Below, in pieces: positions 10,857-20,367 of a stretch of 64,000 bases of DNA. The DNA is taken from contig OY781066.1 in NCBI GenBank assembly GCA_963676395.1, forward strand, positions 1,088,001 to 1,152,000. The letters run 5' to 3'. The notes below the pieces were generated by a model. That model made no database searches and was not told the DNA's origin. It worked only from the letters and a program-made list of their open reading frames with translations. Origin of the DNA: a bacterium (GTDB lineage: Bacteria > Fidelibacterota > Fidelibacteria > Fidelibacterales > Fidelibacteraceae). The number at the start of each line of letters is the position of its first letter. Positions within the stretch are counted from its first letter, which is position 1. A program made the translations under genes and the position numbers.

Positions 10857-12062
10857 TTACTCACCAATTTCTTTTCTCTGATATGTTTTTCCAAGTTCAA
10901 CAGATTGGCAATACTCAGAATTCCAACTTTTCTTAAATATCTCCGTCACGCGGTTTGCAAGCTGAGCGTTTTGAATAATGACTCCAAGATTACGTCCCTT
11001 GTAATAGTAACTCTTCGACCAATTGGATGTCCCCAGCCAAAACTCTTTGTCATCCACCACCATAAATTTACAATGTTCAACACGCGCATATCCAATATAG
11101 CCTTCGCTTGCTTCGGGAATGGTGGAAAATTTAATTTCAATATTTGGAATAGCATGCAGTGATTTTATGTAATTAATACGTGGTGAATAATAATTCCAAT
11201 CCGAGAGTATCATCTCAACCTCTACACCTCTGGCAGCCGCTTTGCGAAGTGCCACATCTAAAACGTCATAGTATTCCCCGCGAGAATAAGGAGAATAACT
11301 CAGCAGTTGAATATGAATACTTTCTCTCGCTTCATTGATCATCCGCAGCAATTGAAATTCATCCCAATTAGCTTCATGATAAATGATCTTAGGATTGCTG
11401 GCGCTAGGTATAATGGTTGTTTTACCATGCTCCGCTAATTTTAATCTGAACATTTTCATGTCATCCGAATATTCAATATTTGCAAGCAATGCCTCAGTAT
11501 CCGCGTCTTCTGCCGATAATAACCAGTCTAATTCAAAAAGCTCTTTATAAAATTTTACCAGATTTTTGCTTTTGATCCTGATCCCCAATTCATGAATATG
11601 CTTCAATGCTCGCCAATCAAAATTCTGCGAACCGATAAAGATATCTTTATTATCCACAATAAAATATTTAGCGTGCAATACACCACCGCTAATATCCTTT
11701 AAACGATAAACGTGCACGTCTATTCCCGAATGTTCATTCAGTTTATCCGCTGTTTCGGGATAAGTTTTATACATGCTTCCATCAACGATAAAGCGTATTT
11801 TTACACCACGATCTGCAGCTGAAACGATCGCATTTAGTATAGGTTCGAGTGCTTCACCTTTCTTGTGAGAAATATAAAATTGACCAAGATCAATAGAGTG
11901 CTTTGCAGCATTAATCATTTCCAACCATACCTCAGGCGTATTACGAATATCGGAATTATCCAAGGATGTCTCGATGGGAATACTCTCCACCAATTCGACG
12001 GATCCGGCCCAAAGTGCTGACATGCTCATAATGATCATCAATCCTTTAATAATAATTTTCAT
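10857..12062 (-). CDS. Secreted phospholipase D superfamily protein (PLD3/K4-like)
   Basis: Two HxKxxxxD motifs (HAKYFIVD, HCKFMVVD), LVESIP, GSQNFDWR, GTSNWS; signal peptide from ATG 12062. Confidence 0.85.
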   Translation of the reverse strand: MKIIIKGLMIIMSMSALWAGSVELVESIPIETSLDNSDIRNTPEVWLEMINAAKHSIDLGQFYISHKKGEALEPILNAIVSAADRGVKIRFIVDGSMYKTYPETADKLNEHSGIDVHVYRLKDISGGVLHAKYFIVDNKDIFIGSQNFDWRALKHIHELGIRIKSKNLVKFYKELFELDWLLSAEDADTEALLANIEYSDDMKMFRLKLAEHGKTTIIPSASNPKIIYHEANWDEFQLLRMINEARESIHIQLLSYSPYSRGEYYDVLDVALRKAAARGVEVEMILSDWNYYSPRINYIKSLHAIPNIEIKFSTIPEASEGYIGYARVEHCKFMVVDDKEFWLGTSNWSKSYYYKGRNLGVIIQNAQLANRVTEIFKKSWNSEYCQSVELGKTYQRKEIGE

Positions 12063-12346
12063 AACAGATCCTTTTATTATGGTAAAATATATAAAGAAAT
12101 TAATGATTATCCAACCGAGTCGAAGCAGAAGGCAGCAGTTAGAAGTTAGAATTTTTAATAGAAAAGCGGAATCATAATTAAAGAATATGGTCACAAATTT
12201 ATAGAAGTCAGAAATCAAAACACATCACCTTCTTGAATTCATCAATTTCAACTCACGTTCATCCCATTGATTGTTCGATTACTCATCTTTAATCTTTTTT
12301 CTTTAATCTTACGAAAGTAAATTTACCATCATACAAAGGAGTCACT

Positions 12347-12802
12347 ATGAGCGAAGCTTGGCATGTAGCACCGGGTAGAGGTTTCGGAGATATTCTGTTC
12401 GGGATCTCAAAAGAAAAACTTGTTGAATTGTTGGATAAACCAGATGCCCTTGATAAAAGTGTTGAAGGTGATGATATCTGTGAACATTACTACTATGATG
12501 ATCTGGATATTGCATTTACCTTTTCTTCAGCCGAAGGAAATAAACTATTGGTAATAACAATTGGCAACCCTCAATACTTGATCGCCGAGAAACTTCATAC
12601 CGGCATGGAAATGGAGGAGGCTTTAACGGAAATTGAAAAGCTCAAATGGGAAGCTCCGGAAATTGAAGAAGTTGAAGAAGATAATTTGATCTTTAGTTTT
12701 GGAGAAACAGGTGTGGATGTTTGGTTTGAAGACGGCATCCTAACCGGATTTCAACTGACACCCCAGTGGAAAAATGATGAAGAAATTGATTGGCCGGAAT
12801 AA
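12347..12802 (+). CDS. Hypothetical acidic protein
   Basis: AGGAG RBS, 151 aa ORF, strongly D/E-rich. Confidence 0.7.
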   Translation: MSEAWHVAPGRGFGDILFGISKEKLVELLDKPDALDKSVEGDDICEHYYYDDLDIAFTFSSAEGNKLLVITIGNPQYLIAEKLHTGMEMEEALTEIEKLKWEAPEIEEVEEDNLIFSFGETGVDVWFEDGILTGFQLTPQWKNDEEIDWPE

Positions 12803-12828
12803 CAAAGGCCAAAAGCTAGAAGCTGGAA

Positions 12829-12932
12829 TGTTTCATCTCGACCAAAGGATCAACAATAGTTGAAGCGAAGAGATCTCAAACGACAAATAAATACTTATAA
12901 TTTAAGATTTCTCCACTTCGGTCGAAATGACA
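12829..12932. repeat. REP/MITE-like palindromic element (family A)
   Basis: Ends TTTCATCTCGACC ... AGATTTCTCCACTTCGGTCGAAATGACA form an imperfect inverted repeat; related copies at 29569 and 63420. Confidence 0.7.
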
Positions 12933-12937
12933 CACTG

Positions 12938-13927
12938 TCACTTTATAAAATCTAAATACGCCGATTCTCCATAGTACTTATACCCTTGTTCGTCAAATTC
13001 TGTACCACTCAATATTGAATGAATAAATCCATTCCGATATACTTGAACCGTATGTAAAATTTCACGTTCAGGATTTTCTTTTAACAGTATCTGTAATCTT
13101 TTTTGAAAAGCCGTAAAGCGTATTATCTCGCCAGTCCGCTCTTCTTGAAATGAAACATACATATTCCATCTTTTCAACATCAATTTACTGTTCCACCAAG
13201 TGCCACCCTGAGCGGAAACAACAGGTTTGCCTTTATATAGCGCTACACTGTCGTTATAAGCCATAACACAAAGATATGTATCGTCGCGTTTGGATATAAA
13301 ATCATACATCAAACTATCAAAATGACCGGCATCGTATTTATAATTATAATTACTATCCATAAATGCAATTCTATCTATCCGGTCCGGAATAACATCTATC
13401 CCTTGCAAATAACGTAATATCCATGATCCGCCTGCGCTGTGACCATTCAAACTTACGGTATAGTTTAATTTTTTAAATGGTTGAAGAAGTTCATCCATCA
13501 TTTTCCGGATCAAGTCAATATAATTGTCCGGATGCTTATCATCATATAATTGCCAGGCCCAATATCTTGGTTGAATATAGATCACAATCAAATTTTTATT
13601 TTTCAATACCTTTCTCAAGAATCGGGTTTGCGCCCCAATATGCTGAATATCATAATGCCAGTTATCACCCGCCTCCATTTTCTTGCCTTTTGTCCAATCA
13701 ATGGTATTTCCTGCGGGACAGGCATAAAAACAGATAATAGTTTTTTTATGTTTTTTAAGAGTATTTTTATCGGGAGCATTAATATGAACATCTATATCAT
13801 TACCCCACACAAAATCTTTGCTTTGCTCATGCAGGTTGGGGTCTTGTGTAAACCCCTCCAATGCCAACGAAAAAGCAAACGAAATGCAAAAAGCCAAACA
13901 CACCCAAAGCTTAAAAAGATGTTTCAT
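12938..13927 (-). CDS. Secreted hypothetical protein, possible alpha/beta hydrolase fold
   Basis: Signal peptide from ATG 13927 (GGAG RBS); GHSAGG (GxSxG) motif. Confidence 0.6.
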   Translation of the reverse strand: MKHLFKLWVCLAFCISFAFSLALEGFTQDPNLHEQSKDFVWGNDIDVHINAPDKNTLKKHKKTIICFYACPAGNTIDWTKGKKMEAGDNWHYDIQHIGAQTRFLRKVLKNKNLIVIYIQPRYWAWQLYDDKHPDNYIDLIRKMMDELLQPFKKLNYTVSLNGHSAGGSWILRYLQGIDVIPDRIDRIAFMDSNYNYKYDAGHFDSLMYDFISKRDDTYLCVMAYNDSVALYKGKPVVSAQGGTWWNSKLMLKRWNMYVSFQEERTGEIIRFTAFQKRLQILLKENPEREILHTVQVYRNGFIHSILSGTEFDEQGYKYYGESAYLDFIK

Positions 13928-14028
13928 ATCTTCTCCATTAATTATTGCTACACTATAATATAAGTGAGAAATAAATAATAACAAACCAATGGGTCATTGA
14001 TCGATTCTTCATTTTTTTCGGATAAACG

Positions 14029-14060
14029 AAAACCGCCTGTCAGTGGCGTGACAGGCGGGG
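14029..14060 (-). terminator. Terminator downstream of degP
   Basis: CCGCCTGTCA-loop-TGACAGGCGG with A-tract on its left. Confidence 0.7.
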
Positions 14061-14092
14061 TTGTATATCTAATATACTAAGGAGAGTTGTAT

Positions 14093-15472
14093 TTACTTTG
14101 CTTTGACGGTAATAAAACGTTTATTACCGTTTTTTGTTTCAATTAAAATTAAAACTGTTTGGTTTTTTTCAAATTTATCGAATTCGCGATGATAATCATC
14201 AATATCCTTAACCGTTTTACCTTCAAGTGTGATAATTCTATTACCGGGACGAAGTCCTTTTTGATAGGCTTCGGATGAAGGTTTTACTTTTACGATCACA
14301 ACACCTTTTTGGGTATCTAATCCAAATTCTCTGGCCAATTCTTCACTGTTGTTCCTGACGGAAAATCCAAGATCGATATCCACTTCGGCTTCTTCGAGAT
14401 CGGCCAAAGTTTTTTCACCGGGGATCTCATCAAGTTTTACGTTAATATTCTTAATCTTTTGGTCTCTTACCAAAGTCAATTTTACGGTTTCACCGGGTGA
14501 ACGGGATGAAATATTGATCTGTAGTTCTGAAGGAGTTTCTACATCTTCGTTGTTTACTTTGATGATCACATCACCGGCCTTTAGTTTGGCTGATTCTGCG
14601 GGACTGTCTTCAACAACATCCGAAATAAGTACACCGTCAATATCATCCAAACCAAGAGATTTGGATAGATCCTGATTTAATTCTTGTATGTTCACACCCA
14701 ACCAGGCGCGTATCACACGACCTTCGGAAATTAGATCATTCATCACTTTCTTGGCAAGATCAATGGGGATAGCAAAACCTATACCATTTGAACCACCACT
14801 GCGGCTTAAAATAGCAGAATTAATACCAATCACTTCGCCATTGAGATTAACCAAAGCACCACCGGAGTTTCCCGGGTTGATCGATGCATCGGTCTGGATA
14901 TATGATTCATATGTATTCAAGCCGACACCGGAACGACCCAGTCCCGATACAATACCGTGAGTAACCGTATTACCAAGTCGGGCTGAAAAGGGTGAGCCTA
15001 TAGCAAGAACAAATTCCCCTACACTAACGTCATCGGATTCACCGAGTTCTGCCGCGGGAAGTTTATCACCATCAATTCGAAGCAAAGCAATATCGGTCTT
15101 TGAATCTCCACCGATAAGTTCAGCTTCAAATTCGCGTTTATCAGACAAAACAACGGTAATCTCTTCGGCATCCTTAATAACATGATTGTTGGTAATAACA
15201 TAACCGTCTTTTACCAAAACACCCGATCCCAAAGCAGACGAGCGGTATTCGCGTTCTTTTTTAGGTGTATCAAAACCAAAAAACTCAAAAGGAATATTCA
15301 ATTCGGCCAAGGGGTTATTGATTTTGGTTACACGCTCTGCAGTAATCGTAACAACTGAAGGTGATACTTTATCTGCAACATTAACAAACTGATCAGAAAG
15401 TGATCGTAGGTCCTGTGCGCCAAGCGGCACAAGCATAACAGCGACCAGTAAAATTGACATCCATTTTTTCAT
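14093..15472 (-). CDS. degP: Do/DegP/DegQ family serine endoprotease with two PDZ domains
   Basis: TNNHV, DIA, QTDASINPGNSGG catalytic triad; two PDZ domains; signal peptide; AGGAG RBS before ATG 15472. Confidence 0.92.
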   Translation of the reverse strand: MKKWMSILLVAVMLVPLGAQDLRSLSDQFVNVADKVSPSVVTITAERVTKINNPLAELNIPFEFFGFDTPKKEREYRSSALGSGVLVKDGYVITNNHVIKDAEEITVVLSDKREFEAELIGGDSKTDIALLRIDGDKLPAAELGESDDVSVGEFVLAIGSPFSARLGNTVTHGIVSGLGRSGVGLNTYESYIQTDASINPGNSGGALVNLNGEVIGINSAILSRSGGSNGIGFAIPIDLAKKVMNDLISEGRVIRAWLGVNIQELNQDLSKSLGLDDIDGVLISDVVEDSPAESAKLKAGDVIIKVNNEDVETPSELQINISSRSPGETVKLTLVRDQKIKNINVKLDEIPGEKTLADLEEAEVDIDLGFSVRNNSEELAREFGLDTQKGVVIVKVKPSSEAYQKGLRPGNRIITLEGKTVKDIDDYHREFDKFEKNQTVLILIETKNGNKRFITVKAK

Positions 15473-15672
15473 TTGTTTTCTCCTATTCAATCGTTGTCAT
15501 AAATGAATAGAGATCGGCGAAAGTTCCAAAATTTTTAAAAAACCTCCATGACAATACCTCGAATTACGAATATCAATTAATGAATAAGAATTTTTGGGTT
15601 AGAAAAATGAATGGGAATTCTTGAATTATCAATCCGAACGACCCTCCGCCACCAAGCCCCGAAAAAAATAAC

Positions 15673-15701
15673 TTGTATAAAATGTAATTTCAGACTAAGT
15701 T
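15673..15701 (+). promoter_or_regulatory. Putative sigma70-type promoter heading cassette array 1 (Pc-like)
   Basis: A-tract, then TTGTAT-N17-TAAGTT. Confidence 0.4.
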
Positions 15702-15790
15702 AACTACGAACATAACAAAAAGCTATAAAACTTGGACGTCTATCAGATAAAACAGACAGGACTAAAGTATTAAAGAGAAATAAACACAAT

Positions 15791-15850
15791 AAACAATACA
15801 TGCCATATTGGAGATATATACACAATAGGCATACACTAACGTTGTAAAAC
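15791..15850 (+). repeat. First recombination site of array 1 (short attC-like hairpin or attI-like site)
   Basis: TGCCATATTG...CAATAGGCA hairpin followed by core GTTGTAAAAC (15841-15850), the exact reverse complement of GTTTTACAAC at the end of the next gene. Confidence 0.55.
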
Positions 15851-15856
15851 ATTAAA

Positions 15857-16786
15857 ATGAGAGATATGAAATGGCCAAATGATAAAGAGTTTGCATTTAC
15901 GATAATAGATGATACGGATAATGCAACATTAGATAATATTGCTTCTGTTTATTCATTTTTAGCAAGTAAAAATATCAAAACCACGAAAACAGTGTGGATT
16001 TATCCTTCAAGAAATAATTTTACTGGGCAAACTATACAGAATGATGATTATTTTTCATTTCTTTTTAATTTAGAAAAGCAAGGATTTGAAATACAATTAC
16101 ATAATGTTGGAAGTGGAAAATTTAAACGTACAGAAATAATTGAAGGATTAAAAATATTCAAAGAAAAATTTGGAAGATATCCTAAAATGCATATAAATCA
16201 TTCTTCCAATCCAGATAATTTATATTGGGGTTATAAAAGATACGGTATTGTCCTAAGAAGTATAATTAAGTTGTTAAAAGGTAAAATAAGACGATTTTAT
16301 GGAGATGAAATTGAAAGTGAATATTTTTGGGGAGACTACTCCAAGGATAAGATTAAATTTATCAGAAATAGAGCTTTTAATGGTATTAACACTTTGAAAT
16401 ATGACCCTCGAATGCCATTTAAGGAAAAGCATAAGGAATATACTAACTATTGGTTTAGTTCATCTGATGGACATACAGTTGAGGAGTTTAATGATTTAAT
16501 ATCAAAATCTAATATAAACGAACTAAAAAGACAAAATGGTTTATGTATAGTTTATACTCATTTTGCTTCCGGGTTTATTGATTCTAATGGCAAACTAAAT
16601 GAAAGGTTTAAAGAAAATATAGAATATTTGTCAATTCAGAACGGATGGTTTGTACCTGCAAGTGAAATATTAGAGTATTTAATATCTCAAAAGAAAAAAG
16701 ACTATGTTAGCAGTTTTTATATTAATGTCTTGGATTTTAAATGGCTATCAAATAGGATTTTAAAGAAAATGAAATATGGACGATAA
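15857..16786 (+). CDS. Cassette gene: polysaccharide deacetylase-like (NodB/CE4-like) hypothetical protein
   Basis: FAFTIIDDTD, GFEIQLH, IVYTHF, WFVPASEIL patterns. Confidence 0.55.
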   Translation: MRDMKWPNDKEFAFTIIDDTDNATLDNIASVYSFLASKNIKTTKTVWIYPSRNNFTGQTIQNDDYFSFLFNLEKQGFEIQLHNVGSGKFKRTEIIEGLKIFKEKFGRYPKMHINHSSNPDNLYWGYKRYGIVLRSIIKLLKGKIRRFYGDEIESEYFWGDYSKDKIKFIRNRAFNGINTLKYDPRMPFKEKHKEYTNYWFSSSDGHTVEEFNDLISKSNINELKRQNGLCIVYTHFASGFIDSNGKLNERFKENIEYLSIQNGWFVPASEILEYLISQKKKDYVSSFYINVLDFKWLSNRILKKMKYGR

Positions 16787-16790
16787 CGTT

Positions 16791-16921
16791 TTACAACAAT
16801 AAATATACGTAATGCGGGGCGATTTGCTAAATTTAAACTTTGATACATTTAATAAACAAGGTAACGGTTAGATAGTAAGGAGCTTAGAAATCCCGCACTA
16901 CGCATATTCAAGCCGTTAGCG
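16791..16921 (+). repeat. attC-like site (131 nt)
   Basis: R''-like TTACAAC 16791-16797; arms AATATACGTAATGCGGG (16802-16818) and CCCGCACTACGCATATT (16892-16908) pair 15/17; R'-like GTTAGCG 16915-16921. Confidence 0.8.
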
Positions 16922-16959
16922 GCAAGTTAAAGAGAAGACCCTGCAAAAAATGATGCATA

Positions 16960-18984
16960 TTGAAAAAGATTGATTTACATATTCATACTAAAGCTTCAAT
17001 TACAGATGCTGATTTTTCTTTTAGTTTAGATAAATTAAAAGAATATGTTGAAACTCTTAAAATAGATTGTATTGCTGTAACGAATCACAATCTATTTGAT
17101 TTGGAACAGTTTCAAGAGATTTTTAGAGAATTATCCTGTAAGGTTTTACCAGGTGTAGAAATAAACCTAGAGAAAGGGCATTTGTTGTTAATTTCGGAGA
17201 ATACGGAGCTTGAAGAATTTGAAAGTAAATGTAAAAAAGTTGAAATACTAATTGAAAATAAAGACGATTATATTTCTGTGGCTCAATTGACAGAAATATT
17301 CGGAGACTTGTCTAGATATTTGCTTATTCCTCACTATGATAAAGCAAAAGTTATTCGTCAAGAAACAATAGACGAACTAAGTAGTTACATTTCAGCAGGG
17401 GAAGTCGGTAGTCCGCGAAAATTTACATATTGCATTAAAAATCCACAAAGTTTAGTTCCTGTATTATTTAGCGATTTACGTTTTAAAGAAGAGATGACTG
17501 AGTTCTCTCCGCGCCAAACATTTATTGATATTGATGACACATCTGTAAGAGCCATTAAAATTTGTTTGGCTGATAAAGACAAAGTTTTTCTGACTGAATC
17601 AGAAGGTCATAGGTTTTTTCAAGTATTTGAAAATGGACAAAAGCTATCAAACGGACTAAATGTCATTTTAGGTAAACGTTCAAGTGGAAAGAGCTTTACA
17701 TTAAAAAGAATTTATAGGGATTTTGATAATGTAAAGTTTATTGAACAGTTCGAATTACTTGAAAAAAATGAAGAAAAGGATAAGAAAAGATTCAATGATT
17801 TGCTATCCACCAAACAAAATAGTGTTTCAGAGGAATATCTTAAAGAGTTTAAAGAGGTTGTCGATGATATTTTAAAGATTGACCATGTTGAAAATGAAAA
17901 GGCTGTTGAAAATTATCTTGATTCATTATTAAAAGTAGCTTCTGAAGAGGAAAAAAAGGATGTTTACTCAAAGTGTGCACTTTTCAATGAAAGTAAATTT
18001 ATTGAATCAGAAAATGAAGGTTTAAAAAGACTTATTGATTCAACCCAAATGTTAATTGACAACATTGAATATCGGGATATTATTGACAAACATGTATCAA
18101 AAGAGTCGTTACGAGAATTAATCATCGATTTGATTTTGAAATACAGAGAACTTCAAGAACTAAATCAAAAACAATTATGGGTCAACTCAATTATTTCGAA
18201 TATAAAAATAGAACTAAAGTCTAATACAGCCTATTCTTCGATTGACGAGATTGATTTTTATCAAATACAGTTTGATAAAATCAAACTATTAAAGTTTTCT
18301 GATATTGTTAGTAGCGTTAAGAAGGAAAGAATCATTAAGCAAAATGAAGTTAGGCGGTTTAAAATTGTAGCAAGCACAAAATTATTTAAAGGTGCTCAAG
18401 AACTTTTAGATAAAAGTGGAAAGAAGACTCGATTTAAAGATGCATTTGATAAATATGAAAATCCAATTGAATATTTAGATGAGTTAAAGCAAATTGAAGT
18501 ACTTCCTGAAACAGACTACTATAAGTATTTTATAGAAATAGAATACATGATTTTAAATGAACATGGAGTAGAGGTATCAGGAGGAGAACGTTCAGAATTT
18601 AATCTTTTAGAAAAAATTCAAAATGCTCATCACTTTGATATGTTGCTGATTGACGAGCCTGAATCCTCTTTTGATAATTTATTTCTTAAAAATGATGTTA
18701 ATGAACAGATTAAGGAAATTGCAAAATCAATGCCTGTGATAATTGTAACACACAACAATACTGTTGGGGCATCAATCCAACCAAATTATATACTTTATAC
18801 AAAAAGAGAGATTATAGATAAAAAAGCAGTTTATAAAATATTTTCTGGAAATCCATCTGACCCTGAATTAATGACAATTGATGGAGAAAAAATTGAGAAC
18901 TATGAAATCATGCTGAATTGTTTAGAGGCTGGGGATTCAGCTTATAATGAACGAGGAAAATCTTATGCAACACTTAAAGATTAA
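16960..18984 (+). CDS. PHP phosphoesterase + ABC/SMC-like P-loop ATPase fusion (Ppl/TrlF-like; candidate anti-phage protein)
   Basis: DLHIHT, VTNHN, GVE, PH, FSD (PHP); Walker A GKRSSGKS; coiled region; signature SGGE; Walker B LLIDEPE; VTHN. Confidence 0.8.
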   Translation: MKKIDLHIHTKASITDADFSFSLDKLKEYVETLKIDCIAVTNHNLFDLEQFQEIFRELSCKVLPGVEINLEKGHLLLISENTELEEFESKCKKVEILIENKDDYISVAQLTEIFGDLSRYLLIPHYDKAKVIRQETIDELSSYISAGEVGSPRKFTYCIKNPQSLVPVLFSDLRFKEEMTEFSPRQTFIDIDDTSVRAIKICLADKDKVFLTESEGHRFFQVFENGQKLSNGLNVILGKRSSGKSFTLKRIYRDFDNVKFIEQFELLEKNEEKDKKRFNDLLSTKQNSVSEEYLKEFKEVVDDILKIDHVENEKAVENYLDSLLKVASEEEKKDVYSKCALFNESKFIESENEGLKRLIDSTQMLIDNIEYRDIIDKHVSKESLRELIIDLILKYRELQELNQKQLWVNSIISNIKIELKSNTAYSSIDEIDFYQIQFDKIKLLKFSDIVSSVKKERIIKQNEVRRFKIVASTKLFKGAQELLDKSGKKTRFKDAFDKYENPIEYLDELKQIEVLPETDYYKYFIEIEYMILNEHGVEVSGGERSEFNLLEKIQNAHHFDMLLIDEPESSFDNLFLKNDVNEQIKEIAKSMPVIIVTHNNTVGASIQPNYILYTKREIIDKKAVYKIFSGNPSDPELMTIDGEKIENYEIMLNCLEAGDSAYNERGKSYATLKD

Positions 18985-19282
18985 TGATAACAAAGGGTTT
19001 TATCAAATAGAACCTAACCAATGGAAAGAGATTGATAAAATCGACAAGGAAGATTTGATGCTTTTATTGGATAAAGCAATAGAATCAGAGTTTGAAATGG
19101 ATAAATTTGAAGCTGATAAAATATCCAACAAAGCGCATTCTATAATTTATAGAAACCTTTATGAAAAATTCTCAGAATTGTCTGAAAACAAGAATAGATT
19201 TAAAGATGAAAGCGAATTATTGTACAAGAATGCTTTTGATAAATACAGCCAGATTGAGTCTAATGAAACTGATGAAGGATAA
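18965..19282 (+). CDS. Small acidic hypothetical protein overlapping the PHP-ATPase gene
   Basis: GAGGA RBS before ATG 18965; 20-nt overlap with the upstream gene; same cassette. Confidence 0.7.
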   Translation: MQHLKINDNKGFYQIEPNQWKEIDKIDKEDLMLLLDKAIESEFEMDKFEADKISNKAHSIIYRNLYEKFSELSENKNRFKDESELLYKNAFDKYSQIESNETDEG

Positions 19283-19289
19283 AACCAGC

Positions 19290-19420
19290 TGCTAACACGC
19301 AATATACGTAAGCTGGGTGATGTAGCCAATCTAAGCCTTTGTACATTTATTCAAAATTACAGTGGTTTGATAAGTATTTTCTCCGAAATCCCAGCCTCCG
19401 CATATTGCCATCCGTTATAC
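19290..19420 (+). repeat. attC-like site (131 nt)
   Basis: R''-like TGCTAAC 19290-19296; arms CAATATACGTAAGCTGGG (19300-19317) and CCCAGCCTCCGCATATTG (19390-19407) pair 15/18; R' GTTATAC 19414-19420. Confidence 0.8.
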
Positions 19421-19519
19421 ACAATTCAAAAATTATTTTCCTAAGCAGTAAAATGATGATAGAGTTTCAAACTGTGGATAAATTCGATTTTTTCTTTTAT
19501 TATAGTGGGGGATAATATT

Positions 19520-19927
19520 ATGAACAACGAACAAACAATTAAACTCGTAATTAGCAGGCTTATTGAAGAAGGCAAATTGGATGTAGTCGAAAAATCATTT
19601 TCAAAAAACTATGTCGCCCACGCAGGAGAAAAAGAGTACAAAGGACATGATTTTATTAAAAATTTTGCCGAACAGCTTCATTCTGCAATTCCCGATATTA
19701 AAGTCGTAAAAGTTGAATTCCTGAATAAATCAGGAAATATTATAACGTGGCAGAGAATATTAAGCGGGACACATAAAAAAAATATGATGAGAATTCCTGC
19801 GAGTGGCAAAAAAGTAAAATGGATTGAAATGGTGGTTAGCCGTTTTGAAAACGGAAAGATTTCTGAAGAATGGATTGTCTCAGAACTTATGGGGCAATTA
19901 TTATTAAAAGCTCCTACAAAGAAATAA
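19520..19927 (+). CDS. SnoaL-like ester cyclase (NTF2 fold)
   Basis: AIPDI, GTH...IPASGKKV, RFENGKISEEW. Confidence 0.85.
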   Translation: MNNEQTIKLVISRLIEEGKLDVVEKSFSKNYVAHAGEKEYKGHDFIKNFAEQLHSAIPDIKVVKVEFLNKSGNIITWQRILSGTHKKNMMRIPASGKKVKWIEMVVSRFENGKISEEWIVSELMGQLLLKAPTKK

Positions 19928-19965
19928 TAAAAATAACAAAGAATATTGGAAAAGGGACTTATCAT

Positions 19966-20367
19966 ATGGAATACTTGGGTTCTTGTTTATGCAAAGGAAT
20001 TAAATTTAAAGTTATCGGTGATTTTGAGAGTTTCTATTTATGCCATTGCAGATATTGCAGGAAAGACACCGGGTCTGCTCATGCGGCCAATTTATTTTCT
20101 ACAACAGCAAAAATAGAATGGATAAAAACGGAAACGGAAATTAAGATATTTCAACCGCATAAAAGCAATCATGTGAAGGCCTTTTGTACAAATTGTGGTT
20201 CCGCTCTACCTAATTTGCAAATGGATGGCAAACTTTTAGTCGTTCCGGCAGGATGTTTAGATACTGAATTAGAAAAAAGACCTAATGCACATATTTTCAT
20301 TTCAAATAAAGCAAGTTGGGATGAGTCGCTGGAAAAAATATATAAATTTGAACGTTTCCCAGAATAA
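19966..20367 (+). CDS. GFA (CENP-V/Mss4-like) family protein
   Basis: GSCLC, CHCRYCRK, FCTNCGS, HIF...KASW. Confidence 0.9.
   Translation: MEYLGSCLCKGIKFKVIGDFESFYLCHCRYCRKDTGSAHAANLFSTTAKIEWIKTETEIKIFQPHKSNHVKAFCTNCGSALPNLQMDGKLLVVPAGCLDTELEKRPNAHIFISNKASWDESLEKIYKFERFPE

Noticed and set aside
15490..15850. Integron integrase upstream of array 1
   Set aside because: The divergent gene is degP. No tyrosine recombinase (R-H-R-Y) ORF was recognised anywhere in the window.
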